DNA of 25,248 bases, from contig NW_027191453.1 of assembly GCF_011745625.1 (NCBI RefSeq), forward strand, positions 1,302,001 to 1,327,248, read 5' to 3'. Position numbers and translations under genes: made by a program. The notes beneath the pieces are model-generated. The model was not told the DNA's origin, searched no databases, and saw nothing but the letters and a program-made list of their open reading frames with translations. This document shows, one piece after another, positions 19,543 through 25,248 of the stretch; within the stretch, counting starts at the first letter, position 1; every line of letters begins with the position of its first letter. The DNA is from Cladosporium halotolerans. Lineage: Eukaryota.

Positions 19543-21441
19543 TCACCTCAACCACAGAGCATTGAAGGCAAAGCTTCTCTTCGACCACCCCGCTCGCCCC
19601 CCAAGCCCACTCTCCCTCCCTTGCGCCTTCTCCTGCGCCGTCCGCCCCGGCCTCTCACTCCCAGGCGGCCGAAACGACCCTGCAAACTCCCCCAGCGAGC
19701 TCTTCACCGCCCTCTTCATCCTCCGCCCTGGCCCAGGTGGTCCTTCCCGCCGGTCCTGCTCTTCTTCGGGCGTAAGCCAGACGGGCATGGACCGCGGTTT
19801 CTTCTTGATTACGAGGACGCCGTCGTGCGCTAGTTTGCTGATGTCGTCGACCACGCGGCGCGCGGAGGTGTATTCGTTCGACGAGCTGAGGTGCGTTATA
19901 CGGCCGAGGCGTACGGAGGCTTCGGCTGCTTCGAGTTCGGGGCAGGTTGATGTGTGCTGTCCGAGTGCGGCGTCCCAGTCTTTGGCTGCGAGTTGGGTGA
20001 GGAAGGTGAGGGTCTGCGAGCAGGGGCTGAGGGCGCGCAGGACTGCCGCGTGCCGGTCGGGCAGGTCAGTTGGTGCTGGTTCGTGGGCGAGGGAGGCGAG
20101 AATGCGAATTGAGATGAGACGTTTGCCGCGCGCGGAGAGCTGGGTCCAGAGGGATGAGGCGGTGGATAAAGTGGCGATTTCTGGTGGGGATTCGACGGTT
20201 CCTGGGGCGATGAGACGAGGGAGCCGGAGAGTCAGGTGCTGGAGGTTGGGGAGGCGGAGGATGGCTTGGATGAGGAAGTCGAGCTCGCAGAAGTAGCCGA
20301 CGGCATTGCGGTATTGGGCGCGAGAGAGGGTGAGGGTCAGGGTGCGGAGATTGGGACAGAAGGTGGGGAGGGAACGGAGGTCGAGTGAGGGGTGACGTTC
20401 GGTGGTGTCCCGCTCGAAATCGGGAGATGGGTCAATGAGGCGGAGATCGAGTGATTGTAGTTTTGTGGCGAACGGTTTGGAGAGGATAGCGTGAATCGTC
20501 TCTGTGGCGATAGAGTCCGTTGCATCTGCAATGAGCATCAATGTCCGTATGCTTCTTTGCAAATCAAGAAAATCCGACAATGTTGGTAGCAGCACCGTCG
20601 TAAGAGTTTCCAAGGCAGGTAGACGATCGATGAGATATGAGAGTTCCCAATCATGATGGACTGTCAGGCTGCGTAAATCGTGCCAGCTTCCATGCTGCGC
20701 CCAGAGAGCAAATGTGCTCCTGGATAAATTCGGGTAATGGAACACCATATGCTGTAACGACGGCAGGCTGGCTGCTTCCTCTGGTGTCCAGTTCAATGAA
20801 CAAGCATTGGTGTTCTGAGACTCTGTGCTTTCTATTTTTGACTCTTGCTGCGTGTTGACAATCAATCTCTTCAAGTGCCTGCAACTTAAAAAGAGCGCTT
20901 TTAGTAGGCCGCTCAAGGTTGTCTCATCTGTCAGAGGAAGCTCAATCTCAAGGCTCCTGAGAGATAGGCTACCGATCAGTGTAGACAGCATGTCAGAAGA
21001 AGCTTGCACATGTATTTCACTCCCTAAGACCAGGCCCAGCTTGGCCCCAAATGGCAGAGCCGATAGAAAATGGGCGGCATCGGATTCGGTCTTATTTGAC
21101 AAGTGCCACGATATGGATTGGAGACCCTTTAGAAGTGGCAGCCAGTCGTCGGTAAGGTGCCGGAAGATGTTTTGACTTTCTGTAGTGCTGTCGCCAGCAT
21201 CACAAATTTTGAGATGACGGACATGACTGAATGAGTCGGACGTGTGGAAATGATGATGTGCTCTCGACTTTTTTTTGACTGTGTCGTGGTCAAGGTCAAA
21301 AATCACCACCTTGAAAAGCTCGCGTTTGCATTCCGGATTCCATGAGGTATTAGTCAATCTAGCTGACTGCAGGTCGCGCGTGTCAAGGTACTCAAAGATA
21401 AGATTCAAGACGCTTTCTGGCAGGTCGGTGACGTCGGGCAT
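19543..21441 (-). CDS. F-box-like protein with degenerate leucine-rich (RNI-like) repeats, intronless, 632 aa
   Basis: N-terminal DLPESVLNLIFEYLDTRDLQSARLTNTSW matches the F-box pattern. Repeated LxxLxL units follow (VRHLKI, LRSLEI, LKRLIV, LRSLTV, LETLTT, LQSLDL, CPNLRTLTL, LPNLQHLTL). Confidence 0.75.
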   Translation of the reverse strand: MPDVTDLPESVLNLIFEYLDTRDLQSARLTNTSWNPECKRELFKVVIFDLDHDTVKKKSRAHHHFHTSDSFSHVRHLKICDAGDSTTESQNIFRHLTDDWLPLLKGLQSISWHLSNKTESDAAHFLSALPFGAKLGLVLGSEIHVQASSDMLSTLIGSLSLRSLEIELPLTDETTLSGLLKALFLSCRHLKRLIVNTQQESKIESTESQNTNACSLNWTPEEAASLPSLQHMVFHYPNLSRSTFALWAQHGSWHDLRSLTVHHDWELSYLIDRLPALETLTTVLLPTLSDFLDLQRSIRTLMLIADATDSIATETIHAILSKPFATKLQSLDLRLIDPSPDFERDTTERHPSLDLRSLPTFCPNLRTLTLTLSRAQYRNAVGYFCELDFLIQAILRLPNLQHLTLRLPRLIAPGTVESPPEIATLSTASSLWTQLSARGKRLISIRILASLAHEPAPTDLPDRHAAVLRALSPCSQTLTFLTQLAAKDWDAALGQHTSTCPELEAAEASVRLGRITHLSSSNEYTSARRVVDDISKLAHDGVLVIKKKPRSMPVWLTPEEEQDRREGPPGPGRRMKRAVKSSLGEFAGSFRPPGSERPGRTAQEKAQGRESGLGGRAGWSKRSFAFNALWLR

Positions 21442-21779
21442 GATGCAATCCAGACAATCTTAACACACAACACCCGACAGGAATTTGAGCCGCAATCATG
21501 GACATGTCCCCAGTGATGTCCTTGGTACAGGTAGGAGATCTTTGTTGTGTCAGCACAAGCCTGGACTTCAGCCGCACTTCGGAAGGATTCATAGTCGGAC
21601 TCGGCCGAAGATTGGCAGCTTGGCGACTACATCTTTAGAACGGAAGCTGCAAAGGACGCCATTCGATTACATGGAAAGTGTGGATATCTAATGACGGTTG
21701 TTTGAGACATAGCGTCTTATTAACTTGGCTGAGGGTCTGGAAATACGAACCACTGAGTATTAGCGGCTAATCGCATGCC

Positions 21780-23663
21780 TCAGATCCTCTTCACCAGCAC
21801 GACAGGACCATGATAAGTTTTGTGGCCCTGGAAGTAGTAGTAAATGGCAGCGACTACAATGACACCCAGAAAAATGACAGATGCCCAGTTGAACTCTTCT
21901 GCCGGTGTCGGAGTTGCTTGAGGCCAAAACGACCAGAACTAGTATATAGTAATTAGCAATGCAGCGGCAGAATGGCGAAAGTTCAGGCTGACTTACGAAA
22001 GACCACAAGCACCATACGAAGGCGAAAGCATTGATCGGGATGCCCCACCGCCCAAGACCGAAGGCAGAGTCCGGGATCGTTTCCGGTAAGCGGATGCGAC
22101 GCCAGAGTATCGAGCCGATAGAAAACATGTAGCATTGCAACAGCGCGACAGTAAAGAGCGATGTGATGGCGTAGAATGCTGTCTCCGAGCCAATGTAGAT
22201 CAGACTCAGGAGGAATGAGAACAAGGCTGTTACATAGATCGCGTTGACAGGTGCTTGGTATTTTGGGTGGATCTAAGAGTCACTATGTCAGTTCAAACGA
22301 TCTGCGGCGAAGTCAATGCGCTTAGAACTTACTTTACAAATCCAAGAAGAGAAAGGGAGGCCGTTGTCACGAGCGAAGGCGAAGAGGTCACGGGATACTG
22401 CGGTGATGTAGCAGACATTCGCGAAAAGCACAATGACGACGATCAACACGAGCTCCACCGTCACCCATTTGATCGACATGCTCTGCTCCAAGATGTGAAC
22501 GAAAGGGTATGTGCTGATGTGCTCCAACGCAAGGCCCACGTCAGGCATCGCAAAGCATAACACGAGCCAGCAGACTATGGTGAACGCCATGTTGACAAAG
22601 TAGATGGCAATCATAGACCTGGGCACAGTCGTCGAAGCATTCCGAACTTCCTCTGCGATGTGGGCAGACTACGATACATGGTCAGCGTTGATCAGCTTCA
22701 AAAGCCAACGTACATACAGTATCGGTACCACACATCATGTAAATTGCGGACAGTTGACCTGCTAGAAGAGCAAGACCCATGCTGGACCATCCGCCGGTAT
22801 TCTCGAACTCAGTGAAGACACTAGCAGCACTGGCTTTGGGCGCATTCACGCATATCGGCACAAGGACTGCGAAGAAGGCCAATATGTGCAGCACGAAGAA
22901 CGCGGTCTGCACCCGAGGAATGAATCGAGAGAAGAGGATGTTGGCGGCAACAGTGAAGACGATATTCGACATAACCAGCAAACTGCCGTGCCAAGCCGGG
23001 AAAGCGTAGTCGTTGTTGTTCTCCAAAATTATTGTCTGAATGAGGGTACCGGTCAAGAATACCCCAATGGCGTTGCCCGCCTGCCAAGCTATTGTCGATA
23101 TCCACCCCGTGTAGAAACTCAGTAGCTTTTGCCATTTTGGATGGGCGAACTCGGAAACCCAATGGTACTGAGCACCGGCTGTTGGGGCAATAGATGACAT
23201 TTCGGCCATTGATAGAACAATAGGAATGAATCCGACTGCGTGGATGATTGTCGACCAGAAAAGCCCAGCTCTGCCGCCGTCGATCAAGCCTTGGTTGATG
23301 GAGAAGATGCCGAATTCCCATACGGACGTAGCCATCGCCACGAAAGAGAAAGTGGCCATTGGACGGAAATGTCGTGTCAAGACCTGTTGTTTTCCTGCGC
23401 GATTGTTGGTCAACAACGACAACGACTAGTACGGGGCTCGTGAATCTCTTACCCATGCGGTCCATGTTATACCTGTCGGCTTTGGTCGAGTTTGTGGCAT
23501 CCGCACCATGCTCTGTATAGTCGCCGCTATCACTTGCGGAGCTGCTTTGCTCAATCACCTCATTTATGCCGAACTGTCCACTTTTTCGGGCAGTCAACTC
23601 GACACCGGAATCGAGCTGATGAGCCGCTGACACCGCATCTTGGGAGGAAGAAGAGGTCGCCAT
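21780..23663 (-). CDS. APC-superfamily permease, ACT family (choline/GABA permease, Hnm1/Uga4-like), 5 exons (23663-23453, 23394-22718, 22668-22333, 22272-21997, 21938-21780), about 552 aa
   Basis: Motifs MDRMGKQQVLTRHF, GLIDGGRAGL, SMAEMSSIAPTAGAQYHWVSEFA, GTD-SAHIAEEVRNAS, SRDLFAFARDNGLPFS, IYIGSETAF, F.LGRWG..IN, FNWASV and YHGPV. Introns 23395-23452, 22669-22717, 22273-22332 and 21939-21996 are all GT-AG and frame-consistent. Confidence 0.92.
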
Positions 23664-24675
23664 GTGAGTGGGATTCTGGTTCGCTGGTGAATGAATTGCA
23701 AAGAAAGCTGGCAAATTGTGATCGAATTGGTAGCTGTAGGTGGAAAGATCAAATGTCGCTGGCAAAGCAAAAGCCAGACTCGAACTCCGTGCCAAAACAC
23801 CATCCCCGAGCCTACCATGGCCTGTAAACCCCCGGGAAACTTCGATAGTCTGCCATAGATCACGCCGCAATACCTAGCATTGCATACGCGAGTCCTCGCT
23901 AAATCAAGGTGCATGCGGCAGGATGCTGATGCACGCTTCGGCAGAGCAAAGCGAAGTGCCGAAACCGTAGTGCTTCCTGCCAGCGTGCCATGGCAGAGTG
24001 TATCCTTGAACTCAAATAGAGGGCGAAATTTGCTTCTGGTTTCTCCCGACGAATGCTTGCTTATTATCCGGATGGAGATGGAAAGTGTACGGTGAGTTGG
24101 GCTCCAAGACGAGATGAAGTCGCCCCAAAGTCAGAGCGCGTGGGGGATGCGAGATTCCCTGTCGTGGCTGGACCCAGACTGTCTTCACACCCTTGTCCGC
24201 CAACCGCATGCGCGCTCTTTAGGCGTGCAGCGATAATCTGTCTCACACAGTCACCTTGCAATCTAGGATGCAGAAAAATTTGTATTTATCCGACCGGCCT
24301 TATCGGCTGCTCTATCCGGCCACGCCGACCGTTGTTCGCCCCGGGCCTTTGCGCTGCTTTGGAATGTGATCCTTCGCCTCCGTGCCTTGGCTGGCAAATG
24401 CGGTCTACCAAGGAACAAGGCAGACGTAAATCAATCCCTCGAAATGCGTGTCAAAGCATCAATGCTCTGAAACAGGCTTCCCCAAAAGAGACCGCCGGAG
24501 ATTGTCTCTACCTCCAGCCTGCCTTCCTGGCTAGCTGCTGTTGATACGAAGGCCATAGTTCGAATCATTATGTAGCATGTGGCCCATGCTCCACCCTTCG
24601 ACAAAGACGCGATCGCACTTGAAGAGTCTGTGTTGATCGTGTCTCTGTCACTGATGATGCAGCCATCCTCCAGTT

Positions 24676-25248
24676 CAGAGGTGTGCATAATCAATCAATT
24701 CAAGTTTCAGGGCCCTGACTTGATTGATTGCCAAGGATTTTTCAGATTGATTGATTGCTTACTTCACATCGACCAGCTTGATTGATTGATTGACCAATTG
24801 ATCACTAGTGGCGGCGACTCCCGCCATCTACATGCTATCGTACTCTTCATCAGACTCATCCGACGGATCGTCAAGTTCTGCGGTCGCGTTCGAAGAGTTT
24901 ATCATGATTACCGATTTCTCAAAAAGGCCGCCGTCTAGATGTGCGACCCCCTGCTTGAGCCAGCTTTTCATGCACATGAGCTGTTCCATCGACTTGCTCG
25001 TGAGGCTCCGACGACGGGGTGCCAGAACGTGTCCGGTCTGCGAAAAGATTCGTTCGGGCTCATCAGACATTGCCGGCACCGAATAGATGTCGAGTGCCAT
25101 CGCCGCTAGCTGCGGCCAAACATTCTTCTTGGCGACCCAGTAAGGAATCGGTGACTTGTCCACAGGCAGTGATCTGTCGTGCGGGGGCTCTGCGTAGTAC
25201 TGCATCAGTTGGTCTACCGACGAGTGTACGTCTTCCTCGTCATCAGAC
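24676..25248 (-). mobile_element. 3' end of a hAT DNA transposon with subterminal (TGAT)n/(ATCA)n repeats; terminus probably at 24676 (CAGAGG...), alternatively 24708 (CAGGG...)
   Basis: The transposase stop at 24828 is followed by about 130 bp holding repeated ATTG/TGAT units (24689-24699 inverted, 24720-24730, 24746-24757, 24778-24793). The two candidate termini begin with CAG, as many hAT TIRs do. The partner TIR is not in the window, so the boundary is unconfirmed. Confidence 0.75.
24828..25248 (-). CDS. hAT-family transposase, C-terminal dimerization domain (5' part lies beyond the window)
   Basis: Frame is open to the window edge: SDDEEDVHSSVDQLMQYYAEP..PIPYW...WPQLAAMALDIYSVPAMSDEPERIFSQTGHVLAPRRRSL....MEQLMCMKSWL. 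This matches the hAT consensus W..L..MA.D.L.IPA.S...ER.FS. Confidence 0.92.
   Translation of the reverse strand, partial: SDDEEDVHSSVDQLMQYYAEPPHDRSLPVDKSPIPYWVAKKNVWPQLAAMALDIYSVPAMSDEPERIFSQTGHVLAPRRRSLTSKSMEQLMCMKSWLKQGVAHLDGGLFEKSVIMINSSNATAELDDPSDESDEEYDSM

Noticed and set aside
3046..23452. Introner-like elements or stwintrons among the 11 modelled introns
   Set aside because: All are 49-64 nt canonical GT-AG introns with no mutual similarity, and none needs nested splicing to restore the frame.
24689..24803. Interspersed TGAT repeats as a possible CRISPR-like array or simple microsatellite
   Set aside because: Units are 4 bp with irregular spacing, in a eukaryote, directly after a transposase stop. 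They are explained as hAT subterminal repeats.

Overview
Eukaryotic DNA from a filamentous ascomycete, probably a Dothideomycete (inferred from short 49-64 nt GT-AG introns with CTRAC branch points and from the protein families present). Ten complete protein-coding genes can be modelled, in order: SYF2 splicing factor (+), YAF9-like YEATS protein (-), GIG1/DUF3605 protein (-), NADH-cytochrome b5 reductase CBR1 (+), an intronless alpha/beta hydrolase (-), a Dip5-like amino-acid permease (-), a Baeyer-Villiger/FMO-type monooxygenase (-), an Rgf3/Tus1-like DH-PH-CNH Rho GEF (+), an F-box-like protein (-) and a choline/GABA-type APC permease (-). The window ends in the 3' end of an apparently intact hAT transposon with TGAT subterminal repeats. 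I see no clearly new multi-gene system. The best leads are a dense PacC-site (GCCARG) array, partly built from a 9-bp tandem repeat, upstream of the permease; a YEATS domain with an altered aromatic cage; a strong C-rich to G-rich switch within several genes; a bacterial-looking hydrolase; a monooxygenase with hybrid motifs; and a hAT end with no visible RIP damage. All family calls come from motif recognition by eye; no searches were run.
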